Below, piece by piece: positions 26,619 to 36,095 of a stretch of DNA of 43,019 bases. The DNA lies in the IMG/VR virus record IMGVR_UViG_3300025287_000138, positions 1 through 43,019 of that record. One strand, given 5' to 3'. The position numbers and the translations under genes are program-made. Below the pieces are notes generated by a model, which saw only the letters and a program-made list of their open reading frames with translations, did not search any database and was not told the DNA's origin. Numbering within the stretch: position 1 is the first letter of the stretch; each line of letters opens with the position of its first letter. The stretch comes from a virus. Its lineage: Duplodnaviria; Caudoviricetes.

Positions 26619-28223
26619 TCATAGTTCCTCGTATGGGTTGTAAGCCTTCTTCACCATCATCGCCTGCACAACCTCTTCCTTGAGCGTGTCGATGTTGGCC
26701 ATGATCACCGCATCGCCCTTGTCGGGTGAGCGGCCCAGATCCTCTTTCATTTCGTCTTTCGAGCGGACCTTGATGACGGTCTTCTTCGGACCCTTCACCG
26801 GCGTCCACTTGTAGGCGCACAGATCGGCCTTCAGCGCCGGATCGTTCGGCAGCGCGCACTTCACCGGGTTTGCCGGGTCTAGGGTTTCGCGCATGCGCCA
26901 CACCAGTTCAGAGCGCAGGTTGAAGAACCCGAACATGCCGTCGACCGTCTGCTCCTTGGAGCCGCGAGCCGCGTTGATGCCGACGGTCTGTATTTGGTCC
27001 TCGACGAGTACGTTGTAGACGGTCAGCCCCCATCCGATGAGGTCGATATGCACCGGCGCCCGATCGCGGCGATGCTCGATGACCTTGGACGCGCCGACAC
27101 GCCCTGCGGTGAGCTGCGGAATGTCATGGCCGGGGATGGTGATGAGCTCGTCGAACCATGCGGAATAGCGGGGCGCGATGACGAAGTTGTCGGAGCCGCC
27201 GGTCGCCACGTCGACGCCCATTGAATCCATCTCGCCCTTTGCGTCACGCGGCTCCCATCGCTCCATGGCCGCATCGACCCATGCTGTCGGGATAACCTGC
27301 CATTCATCGTCCTCGACACCTGCGGAGAAATCGCCTTCGAGCATTTGCGAACGCAGTGGTTCGGGCAGTGATTGCAGCGTTTCGATGTAGCCCGAGCGGA
27401 CGTAGAAATAATTATCGGTGACGCGTGATGGGATGAACGTGCGCGACTTCGGCGTGATGACTTTCTCAGGCGAGAATTCGGACGGGTCGAAGTCGTAGAC
27501 CGGTTCGCCGCGGAACAGCACGAACTTGCGATTGTCCGGCATCCAGACATCGCGGCCCTTGATTGTCGTCACCCAACGCACTTCGCCGGGCTGCGCGGGC
27601 TCAGGGTGCTTTTTGTCGAGCCATGGACCGAAGAATTCCAGCACCCAGCGGCCCTCGGCAGTTGTAGGCGGGTTGAACGTCATCAATACACGCGCGCGTT
27701 GATCGGAGAGGTTGGTACGCGTCCAGCCCATCGTGAACCGCACCTGCCCTTCGCGTTGCTCGGTGACTTCGTCGTATGCCTTGAGGTCGTGCGCGCGGCC
27801 CTGCCACTTTTGGTGATCGGTCGGATTGTCGAGACCCGCGAATTCGATCAGTCGTTCGGCGCCATCCGTGTGCGTCTTCCAGATGCCCTTTTGCGAGTTG
27901 AGCCCATCGGTCGTGCCGAGAATTTCGGTCATGCGCTGCACAAGGCCTTCGGTCTGCGCTTTCTCGCGCCGGAAGATGGCCGTGCGTCGATGTTCGGTCA
28001 GTGCCAGCCCGCAGATCAGGTCCGACTTTCCGCCGCCAGCAGAGCCGCCATAGCCGGTCACGAATGCGGTTGCGTCCGCGGCTTCGGATTGCCTGCCGAC
28101 CTGAGCGCGCCAGATATGTTCGGCAAGATCGGCTTCGAAGAGGTGGTCTATCTCGGCGCGAAGTTCATCGTCAGCTGCGGCGTAGAGGGCTTCCCAACCT
28201 TGTGGCGTGGTCGGGAAGTTCAT
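26619..28223 (-). CDS. terL: Terminase large subunit
   Basis: Walker A GGSAGGGKS, Walker B KAYDE, TFNP, nuclease GVDVA and SPDKGDA. Confidence 0.93.
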   Translation of the reverse strand: MNFPTTPQGWEALYAAADDELRAEIDHLFEADLAEHIWRAQVGRQSEAADATAFVTGYGGSAGGGKSDLICGLALTEHRRTAIFRREKAQTEGLVQRMTEILGTTDGLNSQKGIWKTHTDGAERLIEFAGLDNPTDHQKWQGRAHDLKAYDEVTEQREGQVRFTMGWTRTNLSDQRARVLMTFNPPTTAEGRWVLEFFGPWLDKKHPEPAQPGEVRWVTTIKGRDVWMPDNRKFVLFRGEPVYDFDPSEFSPEKVITPKSRTFIPSRVTDNYFYVRSGYIETLQSLPEPLRSQMLEGDFSAGVEDDEWQVIPTAWVDAAMERWEPRDAKGEMDSMGVDVATGGSDNFVIAPRYSAWFDELITIPGHDIPQLTAGRVGASKVIEHRRDRAPVHIDLIGWGLTVYNVLVEDQIQTVGINAARGSKEQTVDGMFGFFNLRSELVWRMRETLDPANPVKCALPNDPALKADLCAYKWTPVKGPKKTVIKVRSKDEMKEDLGRSPDKGDAVIMANIDTLKEEVVQAMMVKKAYNPYEEL

Positions 28224-28233
28224 GCGTCACCGC

Positions 28234-28389
28234 CTACATCCAGCCCATTCCGAGAGCCAGCGAGACCATGAATATTCCGCCCGATACAGCCGGCGGATCG
28301 CACATCACGCTGCCGTCGAAGATCAGCGCCTTGAGGCCCATCGCGGCGTAGAAGCCGGACGCTATCACGATGAGCCAGATTATCCACAT
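28234..28389 (-). CDS. 51-aa 2-TM microprotein (MWIIWLIVIASGFYAAMGLKALIFDGSVMCDPPAVSGGIFMVSLALGMGWM)
   Basis: GC-rich third codon positions in this frame; fills the terS-terL gap. Confidence 0.5.
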   Translation of the reverse strand: MWIIWLIVIASGFYAAMGLKALIFDGSVMCDPPAVSGGIFMVSLALGMGWM

Positions 28390-28399
28390 GCGGCATAGA

Positions 28400-28948
28400 T
28401 TAGTCCTCTTCCGGCGCAGGAAGCAAGCCCTGCTCGCGTTTCTCAGCCATCAGCGCTGCCAGGCGGGAGAATTTCTCGACCTCGCCCGCATCGCGCTGGA
28501 TCCGTTCGCCGCCGCTGGTGACGTCGAGCCTTGCCCCGTAGGTCTTTGGTTTGAGCATCTGCGCTTGCTTGTGGATCGTATCGACGACCAGCTTGCGGTG
28601 CCCGAGCATGTCTTCGTGGCGAACTTCGGTGAATGGCATCGCCACACCGCCGATGTTGACCACCTTGTCGACCTTGATTTCGCCGATCATGGGTGTCTCG
28701 GCAACGCGCATAGCCATATCCATTTTCGCCTCGATGCCACAATGCCTCGCGCGCGCGACTTTCTGCACCAACCCATCAGGGTCTTCCGCATCAGCCTCGT
28801 AATACCAATTCCAGAACGTCCGCTCGCAGCACAGCCATTGCTCACGATCTTCACCGAGGGTGCGACTGATCGGTATGCCCGCGGATAGTTCTGCCAGGAC
28901 GTGGCGAGTGATCTTCTCGCGGTCAGGGGTGGTGATCGACTTACCCAT
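28400..28948 (-). CDS. terS: Terminase small subunit (Sf6/P22-like)
   Basis: HTH-like N-terminus (TFWNW), ARAR, PKTYG..LDVTSGGE; upstream of terL. Confidence 0.8.
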   Translation of the reverse strand: MGKSITTPDREKITRHVLAELSAGIPISRTLGEDREQWLCCERTFWNWYYEADAEDPDGLVQKVARARHCGIEAKMDMAMRVAETPMIGEIKVDKVVNIGGVAMPFTEVRHEDMLGHRKLVVDTIHKQAQMLKPKTYGARLDVTSGGERIQRDAGEVEKFSRLAALMAEKREQGLLPAPEED

Positions 28949-29346
28949 CACTGAGCCTCTTTCGGAAAATGCTTGCAACCAATGTCCTTGCGAACCCCAC
29001 AACGCGGGCAGGGCGTGCGATCGACGCGGACGAGTACGGCAGGGAATTCGATACGCTCGCGCTGCTGGACACGCTTGAGCCGTTCACTGGCCCGGCGCTT
29101 CACCCGGCGCTTGTGTTCCTCCCATTCGATGCCGCGGGGATTGTCGGCCATGGTGGAGCGAATGATCTCAGCCGTCGTGATAGTCAGCCTGGTCCCGCGA
29201 CGAACAGAGGATCGAAGCGAGGGACGAACGCCAGCAGCGGTGACGAAGCGATTGTAGTTGGTCCCGGTGCGCCGACACCACCGATTGATCTCGGCAACAA
29301 CCTGAAGCGATTCATCGATCGTGAGCAATAGCCGCTCGTGCCTCAT
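28948..29346 (-). CDS. Basic hypothetical protein, possible HTH plus C-terminal CxxC-x6-CxH; candidate regulator
   Basis: AAGGAG SD before ATG 29346; TGATG coupled to terS. Confidence 0.6.
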   Translation of the reverse strand: MRHERLLLTIDESLQVVAEINRWCRRTGTNYNRFVTAAGVRPSLRSSVRRGTRLTITTAEIIRSTMADNPRGIEWEEHKRRVKRRASERLKRVQQRERIEFPAVLVRVDRTPCPRCGVRKDIGCKHFPKEAQ

Positions 29347-29368
29347 GGCCGCGCTCCTTGGGGGTAGT

Positions 29369-29563
29369 TCATGCCTTGCGAACCGCGATGACGTCGCCCG
29401 CAGTTCCATCGTGGATCCAGCGCGGCCCGGTCGCAGGCCATGGTGCCAATTCGTCGCACCAACCCGTGCGAAGCTGCACCCAGTAGCCGTCCGATGCGTT
29501 CGGTGGGTTCTTCTTGCCGGATATGCGCGAGAAGCCCGGCGCCGGTATGGGGCGAAAGGGCAT
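29369..29563 (-). CDS. Hypothetical protein (64 aa)
   Basis: TAATG overlap; WVQLR.G...W.HDGTAGDVIAVR motif typical of small phage proteins. Confidence 0.6.
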   Translation of the reverse strand: MPFRPIPAPGFSRISGKKNPPNASDGYWVQLRTGWCDELAPWPATGPRWIHDGTAGDVIAVRKA

Positions 29564-30009
29564 TAGCCACGTTGATCCTCGATCGCTTTGATGCTGCCAA
29601 TCTGCTTCGATCCGCCGCGGCGATCGGTCAGGGCGGGGGCGCTTCGACCGGGGAGCGAATGGCCGTCCCGCTGAAGCTGGCGAACTGTGCGCTCGTGCTG
29701 CTCGTGGCTCTTGACCGTGAAGCTGCCGAGGATCGCCGGGATGATCTGGCCATGGTGCGTCACGGTGCGGCCCGCTTCCTTCGCGGCCTGCTGAAGTACG
29801 GAGGCCGGAAGATGGGCAACATCCGTAGCGCAGACAGTGAGCCATTCGTGCGCCGCATCGTCGGACATACCGGCGGGCCGAACGCGTGCCAGGCTCGCCG
29901 AAAGGATCGAGACGCGCTCAGCCACCGAGGCTGGCGATTGCGCGCTGTGCGGCGGTTGCGGTTCCTGTCGAACGATAGCTTGAGTTTGGGGAGGTCCGCT
30001 GTCTGTCAT
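29563..30009 (-). CDS. Hypothetical replication-module protein (helicase-loader position)
   Basis: Overlaps the 3' end of the initiator gene. Confidence 0.55.
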   Translation of the reverse strand: MTDSGPPQTQAIVRQEPQPPHSAQSPASVAERVSILSASLARVRPAGMSDDAAHEWLTVCATDVAHLPASVLQQAAKEAGRTVTHHGQIIPAILGSFTVKSHEQHERTVRQLQRDGHSLPGRSAPALTDRRGGSKQIGSIKAIEDQRG

Positions 30010-30670
30010 CGTATTGGCCTTCGAGGATCTTGGGGATGGTGTCCGGTCGGGTGAAGAAATCGAGGTTTGCGCCGTTCCAGTTGCCGGTTTCACCTCGGAG
30101 GAAAGCACTCTTCGGAACGTGCTCGATGGCCTGAGTGATGGCGTCGAAACCGTGTTCGGAGATGCGGGCGTTGATCGTCCTGCGGCGCTTCGGTGTCAGC
30201 TTTTCCCAGCAGGACAGGCTTAGCGGCTTTGCCATGGAGGCCCAGCGCTCAAGAACCTCTTCGGCTTGTCGCGCGCTCCGAGGTTTATCGTCAGATAAAC
30301 CGATAGAAGGTTCCTTAGAAGGTTCCGTGTCCCGTTTTTGGGACTGTTTCCGTCCATTTTCGGAACTGTTCCGTTTTTGGGACGGTTCCGCTTTTGGGAT
30401 GCTTCCCATAGCGGCTTGGTAAACTTTGATTTGCTTGGTTTTTCCGGTTCGTTCGCCAGTGTCGACTAGGACGCCTTGCCGTTCAAGTTCAGCAATATTG
30501 CCGATGATGGTTTTGCGGTTCTGGCCGGTGATTTCGCATAGGTGTTCTACCGATGGATAGATGCGACCGGTGCGATAGTTGGCGCACTCGCACAGGGCGA
30601 CGAGCGTGAACTTCACGCTGCTGGATTTGCATTCTTGCTTGAACGCCCAGGCTAGTGCTTCGCTGCTCAT
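29918..30670 (-). CDS. Replication initiator (N-terminal HTH, lambda O-like organisation)
   Basis: ALAWA...KFTLVAL...YPSVEHLCEITG HTH; internal iterons; C-terminal W..NLDF...KILEGQY. Confidence 0.82.
   Translation of the reverse strand: MSSEALAWAFKQECKSSSVKFTLVALCECANYRTGRIYPSVEHLCEITGQNRKTIIGNIAELERQGVLVDTGERTGKTKQIKVYQAAMGSIPKAEPSQKRNSSENGRKQSQKRDTEPSKEPSIGLSDDKPRSARQAEEVLERWASMAKPLSLSCWEKLTPKRRRTINARISEHGFDAITQAIEHVPKSAFLRGETGNWNGANLDFFTRPDTIPKILEGQYDDRQRTSPNSSYRSTGTATAAQRAIASLGG
30329..30400. repeat. Four 16-bp iterons (GTYCC-N6-GGGAC-like), probable replication origin
   Basis: GTCCCGTTTTTGGGAC 30329, CGTCCATTTTCGGAAC 30351, GTTCCGTTTTTGGGAC 30368, GTTCCGCTTTTGGGAT 30385. Confidence 0.75.
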
Positions 30671-31143
30671 TTGGGCCCCCGTAGCCATTGGCCAACTTCA
30701 GCAGCGCAGCCGCGCGGGTCCGAATGAATTTCCCGGCCGGTGAAGCGCATGACCGCATATCCATGGATCACACAGTAACGGTCACGGCGCTTATCTCGCT
30801 GAATCGCTTCATCGCTATTGTGATACGCCGCTCCGTCGGCCTCGATAACGAGCGAACGGCCTCCATCCTTGAGCAAGATATCAGCACGATACGGACCAAT
30901 CGCGGCTTGCGTTATCACTTCGGCTTGCGAGGCCTCGTGGCTCAGCCAGTCGATGATCGCGGATAGGAGGAGGTGTTCAATCGGAGTGTCGGTTAAATCG
31001 AGTTCGATTTCGCAGGCGGGCACGATTGGAGATCGCGCACCTCTCTCGCGATGAAAGGCCTTGCGCTCACCACGAACACCCAAGCAGCGTTGACCGGCGG
31101 GCGCTCCGCACTTCGGGCACGTCTTTTCGATAGGATGGCTCAT
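30667..31143 (-). CDS. DUF559/Vsr-like endonuclease with N-terminal zinc finger
   Basis: CPKCGA..C...H; IGPYRADI, VIEADGAAYH, RDKRRD, VMRFTGREI. Confidence 0.82.
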   Translation of the reverse strand: MSHPIEKTCPKCGAPAGQRCLGVRGERKAFHRERGARSPIVPACEIELDLTDTPIEHLLLSAIIDWLSHEASQAEVITQAAIGPYRADILLKDGGRSLVIEADGAAYHNSDEAIQRDKRRDRYCVIHGYAVMRFTGREIHSDPRGCAAEVGQWLRGPK

Positions 31144-31493
31144 AGCGCCACCTCGATGCGTCCGGGCTTCTCTGGCGCGTTGAAGCGATAGGTCGGGTGA
31201 AAGCGATAGTCGTCGACATCCAGCCCCAACGCGATCCCGTCGAGAGCGGCCTTCAGCATATACTGCATGTTGTCGCGGTCACGCTTGCGCTTGTCGGGCG
31301 GAGTGATCGTGATGACGAGCGGGATGGGAGCGTCGCCCGCAAAAGCATCGCGAGCGGCTCTCGTCGGGTACACTTCGCGGGTGAGCGTCCAGGCATCGTC
31401 CTTGGCTTTCGCCTTCGCGCGATACAGCGCCATGTAATGGAGGCGCGCATTCGGGCTGAGACGCTTATCCGGCCATGGGAGGGTGATCTTCAT
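31140..31493 (-). CDS. rusA: RusA-like Holliday junction resolvase
   Basis: ITLPWP..LSPN and PPDKRKRDRDN..LKAALDGIA..LDVDD motifs. Confidence 0.75.
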   Translation of the reverse strand: MKITLPWPDKRLSPNARLHYMALYRAKAKAKDDAWTLTREVYPTRAARDAFAGDAPIPLVITITPPDKRKRDRDNMQYMLKAALDGIALGLDVDDYRFHPTYRFNAPEKPGRIEVAL

Positions 31494-31723
31494 TTCCCCT
31501 CCAGTGTGTATGGATCGCCACGCTCGGCAGCGTCCAGCTTGGCCAAGAGGACGTGACGCTCCCACGCCGCGTCAGCAGCGGACGGCATATCAAGAAGCGC
31601 GCTCAGGTTGTAACGCCGCGCCTCGCGGTAGAGCCCGGCGAGCTTGCGCTCTGCGTTCTCAAGCATCTCTTCCATGCGGCGGATGCGGTACGCTTCGTAT
31701 GCGAGTTGCCGATCGGTTATCAT
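31490..31723 (-). CDS. Hypothetical protein
   Basis: 77 aa, ATGA-coupled on both sides. Confidence 0.6.
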   Translation of the reverse strand: MITDRQLAYEAYRIRRMEEMLENAERKLAGLYREARRYNLSALLDMPSAADAAWERHVLLAKLDAAERGDPYTLEGK

Positions 31724-31878
31724 TGCGGCCACCGCGCAGCAGGAAGACCCATGCGGGCGCGCATCGCGTCCACGTTGGCACGGATGAGCGCGCGATCTTT
31801 GGCAATGCCTGCCTTCCGCATTGTGCGGGCTGCATCGCTTGCGTCGGGCGCGCGGCGAAGGAATGAGAACAGGCTCAT
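31720..31878 (-). CDS. Hypothetical 52-aa protein (MSLFSFLRRAPDASDAAR...)
   Basis: ATGA overlaps at both ends; GGAGG SD. Confidence 0.55.
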   Translation of the reverse strand: MSLFSFLRRAPDASDAARTMRKAGIAKDRALIRANVDAMRARMGLPAARWPQ

Positions 31879-32285
31879 GCGGCTTCCTCCAGTAGAAGTT
31901 CGGGATCACAGCCGAGCGCGTCCGTCAGCAGACGAATGGTGTCGTCGTACAGGCGCTCGAAGGCGTCGCGCTTCATAGACGCGACGGCCATGCTGTGAGG
32001 GATTTTGCGGATTTCTCCGGTGAACTGGTCGACTTCCTCGTCGAACAGGTGGAGCGCGATCAGAATGTCTTTGCGCAAGTGCTCGGTCGAGGTCCACTTG
32101 CCGGTAGCCTCGACCACATTGTTCAGGATGGCGAAGTACTTGCGATGCTGGGCCATGTTCCGCGGCTTCCACACCTGCATGAAGACGCGTTCGCCTTCAG
32201 CAAGCTTGGCCATGATGTCCCGCGCGTCGCGCGACGACGGTGCGAGGGACAAGCCCTGTTTCCGGAAAGTGGCGGTATCTTTCAT
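31875..32285 (-). CDS. DUF1367 / NinB-like protein
   Basis: KPRNMAQHRKYFAIL and PHSMA..SM....FERLY motifs. Confidence 0.7.
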   Translation of the reverse strand: MKDTATFRKQGLSLAPSSRDARDIMAKLAEGERVFMQVWKPRNMAQHRKYFAILNNVVEATGKWTSTEHLRKDILIALHLFDEEVDQFTGEIRKIPHSMAVASMKRDAFERLYDDTIRLLTDALGCDPELLLEEAA

Positions 32286-32629
32286 AGCCCACGCTCCCGC
32301 TTCGCCTTGACGATTTCAGCTTTCTTTGGGCTGGACTTGGCGAAGGCATCGGCCAACGCGGCCATATTAATGCCGTGCTCGCTCTCGAAGCTGCTCTCGC
32401 CAATTGTGTGCTGCTCGTGATGATGATCGCGGCACAGGCTGATCGTGTGCCAGTCAGAGGGTTTGCGGCCCATGCCAGCATCTGACCCACGCCGAACATG
32501 CGCGACCTCGATCGGCCGGTTGTCGCAGCCCGGAACGCAGCAGTGATGGTCCCGCACAAAGTTGCAGTGCGCGGGACTTTTCCAGCGTCCGGGCCGCTTA
32601 TCGGCTTTAGGGAGGCGCCGAGGAAGCAT
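32282..32629 (-). CDS. DUF968 / HNH-like zinc-binding nuclease
   Basis: CCVPGC..AHVR..GMGRKPSD...LCRDHH.EQH..GE. Confidence 0.75.
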   Translation of the reverse strand: MLPRRLPKADKRPGRWKSPAHCNFVRDHHCCVPGCDNRPIEVAHVRRGSDAGMGRKPSDWHTISLCRDHHHEQHTIGESSFESEHGINMAALADAFAKSSPKKAEIVKAKRERGL

Positions 32630-32865
32630 CAGCCGATGCCGAGCGCCGCTTTGTACATCTCGAGGATGGTTTCCTGTTCGGAACGCTCGTCAGGCTTCAT
32701 CGCGCGCAGGCGAATGACCTGGCGCATGATCTTGGTGTCGTAACCGACTGCCTTCGCTTCGGCGTACACATCGCGAACGTCGTCAGCGATGCCCTTCTTT
32801 TCCTCTTCGAGACGCTCGATGCGTTCGATCAAAAGGCGCAGTCTATCGTCGGTGGCTTCTGCCAT
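32629..32865 (-). CDS. gapR: GapR-like nucleoid-associated protein (DUF2312)
   Basis: [35 protein letters not shown] signature. Confidence 0.92.
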   Translation of the reverse strand: MAEATDDRLRLLIERIERLEEEKKGIADDVRDVYAEAKAVGYDTKIMRQVIRLRAMKPDERSEQETILEMYKAALGIG

Positions 32866-32880
32866 CGTCTTTCTCCTTGG

Positions 32881-33312
32881 TTAAAATGGAAGGTCGGAAT
32901 CGTCGGCGCCGGTGTCGGGCGCGTCTTCGTAGGTTTGTCTGCGCTCGCCGCGTTCACCGCCAGCGCTGTCGAGCATCGTCAGCACGCCATTCATTCCGCG
33001 CAGGTGGATCTCGGTGCTGTATCGGTCGTTGCCGGACTGATCCTGCCACTTGCGGGTCGTCAGCTGGCCCTCGACGTAGATCTTGCTACCTTTGCGCAAG
33101 AAGCGCTCGACGACGCCGATCAGGCCTTCGTTGAAAATAGCCACGGTATGCCACTCGGTGCGCTCTTGGCGCTCACCGGTGTTCTTATCTTTCCAGCTTT
33201 CGCTTGTGGCGATGCGAAGGTTCGCGACCTTGCCACCGTTCTGAAAGCTGCGGACTTCAGGGTCAGCGCCGAGATTGCCGATCAGCATGACCTTGTTGAG
33301 TGAGCCGGCCAT
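32881..33312 (-). CDS. ssb: Single-stranded DNA-binding protein
   Basis: [19 protein letters not shown]...TEWH, acidic tail ending DLPF. Confidence 0.96.
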   Translation of the reverse strand: MAGSLNKVMLIGNLGADPEVRSFQNGGKVANLRIATSESWKDKNTGERQERTEWHTVAIFNEGLIGVVERFLRKGSKIYVEGQLTTRKWQDQSGNDRYSTEIHLRGMNGVLTMLDSAGGERGERRQTYEDAPDTGADDSDLPF

Positions 33313-34250
33313 TATGCCACCTTCCGATCTTCGGTGATTGTGAAGCCGGGGATCTCGCGCATGCCGCGGCGAACATCCTCATCGGCCAGTGTTTGGAGGA
33401 AGGCCTTCACCCGATCGGGCTGCGCCTTGGCGTAGTGGACAAGGGCTTTGCCGCCTTCGCCCGGGTTGAGCGCAGCAGACCAATAAGAACGCATGCCGAT
33501 CGCGCGGAACTCGCCCTTCGCCTGCACCTTTTCGCGTTCGACCGACTTCAGGGCCGAGGCGGCTTCTTCGGCTTGAGCGAGCAGGTCGTCCGCCTGATCC
33601 ATCTTGGACAGGTCGTCGGCCTTTTTCGCTTCCTGACGGGCGGCGAGGGCAGCGGCCTGCTTTTCTTCGGCTTCCTTGCGCGCGGCGTCTTCACGAGCGC
33701 GCTTTTCTGCCTCGAGCTTGTTCAGCCACGGCGTAAGGAGGTTACCGAGAGCCTGCACCGCCTTGCTTACCGAGCCCGGCTTCTTGTTCTTCAGCGGCGC
33801 GGTGTAGGCGTTGTAGCGGTCCTGAATCTCGGCGATCTTGTCGTCGAGCGGCTTCTTCTCTTCGACGCGGGCTTTGTCCGCGAGCTTGGCCGAGTCCTGC
33901 AAAAGCTGGCGGAGCTTGCCCACCTTGTCGGCCTGTTCCTGGTTCTCGATCTGAGTGCCGTCGGCCCAGTTGGCCGCTTCGGTCAGCAAGTCGTCCATGT
34001 GGATCTTGACCGCTTCCCATTCAGGCTTGATTTCCGCCTCGGGCGGGGGCTCATTGCCACCGATCTGCGCGCGCGGATTGAGCGCTGCCTCGGTCGCTTC
34101 GTCCGTCAGCTTCGTGACGTGAGCGTCTAGCGCATCGATCTCGGCGGTACGGTCGGGCTCGGTACGGCGAAGCTTGTTCAGCGCGTTCTTCGCATACGAG
34201 AGGGGCATGGTGTCGATCGCGACAGGCCCCTTGCTGGATTGGTATTGCAT
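33312..34250 (-). CDS. Coiled-coil recombination-module protein
   Basis: IGGNEPP motif, long coiled coil, C-terminal REIPGF; between SSAP and SSB. Confidence 0.7.
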   Translation of the reverse strand: MQYQSSKGPVAIDTMPLSYAKNALNKLRRTEPDRTAEIDALDAHVTKLTDEATEAALNPRAQIGGNEPPPEAEIKPEWEAVKIHMDDLLTEAANWADGTQIENQEQADKVGKLRQLLQDSAKLADKARVEEKKPLDDKIAEIQDRYNAYTAPLKNKKPGSVSKAVQALGNLLTPWLNKLEAEKRAREDAARKEAEEKQAAALAARQEAKKADDLSKMDQADDLLAQAEEAASALKSVEREKVQAKGEFRAIGMRSYWSAALNPGEGGKALVHYAKAQPDRVKAFLQTLADEDVRRGMREIPGFTITEDRKVA

Positions 34251-34261
34251 GGGGGCTCTCC

Positions 34262-35026
34262 TCAGTAAGGAATTTCGTCTTCAAGGACTTCGGCGAAGTC
34301 CGACGCGGGTTTTTCGGATTGCTTGGCCTTCTGATCGCTCTCGGCCTTCGCCATCCTGGCGAGCTTGGTGTTCAGGGCCTCAAGCGCCTTGCCGTATTGG
34401 TCCTGATCAAGGTGACGCAGGTTCTCGACGCCGTAGTGCTTGCACATGTCAGCGGTGTCCGTGCCGGTGGCTTTAATCAGCCCGGCAAGACGCGCCCATT
34501 CGGCATCCGGCATCTCAGCCTTCGGTTCCTTGGCCTCTTCAGCCGTCGGTTCGTCCGCGTGGAGGTCGCCCTTGTGCCAGAGGTCCAGAGCAGCACCGAA
34601 ACGCATCGCTGCATTGCGCAGCGCGTCTCCGATGATTTCCTTGATGGCGTCGCCGCCCTTCTTGCCGTCCGCTGAGCCATACCCTAGGCGGGTGACATCA
34701 AGGACGGTTAGCTTGATCCAGAGCCCGCCGTTTTGATCGAAGGCCGGAAGACCATCCTGCCCGAAGGACACCGGCTCCCAGTACCAGTGGGGGTCGGTGT
34801 CGAGCAGGCGATCGGTCAGCGCGGCATGGCCGACGTAATCCAGATGAACCACGTCAGGATGATGCCAGCCACCGCAAATCTTGCAGCGGATGCCCTTTTT
34901 GAAGTCCGCCTTAACTGCGTCATTCTGTGCCTTGGTGGGCTTCGGCAGTTTGCTGATGTGGTGTTGGGGAAACGGCTCCCGTAGCTTGTCGAGCGTTGGA
35001 GGCTCGACCTTCACCTGTGCATTCAT
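34262..35026 (-). CDS. Rad52/Sak-like single-strand annealing protein
   Basis: LDYVGHA..TDRL..DP.W.W, GYG, KEIIGDALRNAAMRFG.ALDLW; AAGGAG SD before ATG 35026. Confidence 0.78.
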   Translation of the reverse strand: MNAQVKVEPPTLDKLREPFPQHHISKLPKPTKAQNDAVKADFKKGIRCKICGGWHHPDVVHLDYVGHAALTDRLLDTDPHWYWEPVSFGQDGLPAFDQNGGLWIKLTVLDVTRLGYGSADGKKGGDAIKEIIGDALRNAAMRFGAALDLWHKGDLHADEPTAEEAKEPKAEMPDAEWARLAGLIKATGTDTADMCKHYGVENLRHLDQDQYGKALEALNTKLARMAKAESDQKAKQSEKPASDFAEVLEDEIPY

Positions 35027-35049
35027 GGTACTCTCCTTGGTTGAATTGG

Positions 35050-35145
35050 TCATATGAGACCCGCCCACTTGGCCAGGCCGAAGCCGGTCACGGTCGTCAG
35101 CGTGAAAGCGATGGTGAAGAGGACGGGGCCGTAGTTGTTGGTCAT
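35050..35145 (-). CDS. 31-aa TM microprotein (MTNNYGPVLFTIAFTLTTVTGFGLAKWAGLI)
   Basis: ATGA overlap with the methylase stop. Confidence 0.5.
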   Translation of the reverse strand: MTNNYGPVLFTIAFTLTTVTGFGLAKWAGLI

Positions 35146-36095
35146 GCGGCGCTCGCGAACAGACCGCCCAGGTCCGCTTTCGCTTTTTCGAGGTTCCGCT
35201 TGGCCTGCGCGAAATACGAGGGCTTCAGTTCGATCCCGATGCCTTTGCGACCCATCTGAACCGCGCTGTAAACTTCGCTGCCGATGCCAAGGAACGGGGT
35301 CAAAACAGTGTCGCCGGGATTGCTCCACAGGTCGATGCATCGCTCGATAACGTCGAGTTGCAGCGGCGATATGTGCTGTTCGTCTTTCTCGTCTCGCCCG
35401 CCACGATACTGCAGGGTGCGTGTCTGGTTGATATCCATCCAAACCGGCGATGCGTAACGCTGCCAGACTTCGATCGAATACCAGTTACGTCCATCCGTGG
35501 GCGTCGTGTACTTGCTGCGATCGGGTTCATCGGTTCCGCTATATCGATCGAAGCAACCGGAGACCGGCTCGGGGTTCTCGCCGGGCTTGCGGAACGTGAG
35601 AATGTAGTCAGCCAGTCCTTGCCCGCTGATGCAGCTATCCTTGACGATCTGCTTGTGGAGCAGACGAATAGACTTAGTGCGCTGCTGAGCGACTACGGGG
35701 TCTTTCCAAATGCAAACCTCGCTATGGAAGATCCAGCCTGCATCCTCGTAAGCGCGGACAACTTCACCGCGGAAGTCGCGCATCCCGATAAAGCCGTGCC
35801 GCACCTTGCTTGTCGGCAACTGCATGACGTGAACGGCATGGAGACGGCCAGGCATTGTCACGCGCAGCAATTCGGAAATCAGGAACCCATAGTGCTCCCA
35901 AAAGCCGGGCCCCTCATTGTTCGATATGTCGCGGTCGAAGTTCGAAAACTTGTAAAGCCCCTCGAACGGTGGCGAGTGAACACCGAAGTGAATGCTGTCA
36001 CCGGGGATCGCGCGGATAACCTCGCAGCTATCACCCTGATAAATTGCGTATTCGTCGGTTACTTGCTGCTCGACGCATTTAATGCCCTCGATCAT
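35142..36095 (-). CDS. DNA methyltransferase, beta class (probably N4-cytosine)
   Basis: Motif IV SPPF near the N-terminus, motif I PFLGIGS near the C-terminus, GIELK. Confidence 0.9.
   Translation of the reverse strand: MIEGIKCVEQQVTDEYAIYQGDSCEVIRAIPGDSIHFGVHSPPFEGLYKFSNFDRDISNNEGPGFWEHYGFLISELLRVTMPGRLHAVHVMQLPTSKVRHGFIGMRDFRGEVVRAYEDAGWIFHSEVCIWKDPVVAQQRTKSIRLLHKQIVKDSCISGQGLADYILTFRKPGENPEPVSGCFDRYSGTDEPDRSKYTTPTDGRNWYSIEVWQRYASPVWMDINQTRTLQYRGGRDEKDEQHISPLQLDVIERCIDLWSNPGDTVLTPFLGIGSEVYSAVQMGRKGIGIELKPSYFAQAKRNLEKAKADLGGLFASAA

Noticed and set aside
30304-30326. Alphaproteobacterial LexA box (GTTC-N7-GTTC)
   Set aside because: Spacing is N8 and it lies inside the initiator CDS (EPSKEPS)
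21677-31723. Shared MITDR N-terminus of the cement protein and ORF 31490-31723
   Set aside because: Only five residues with divergent codons; likely coincidence
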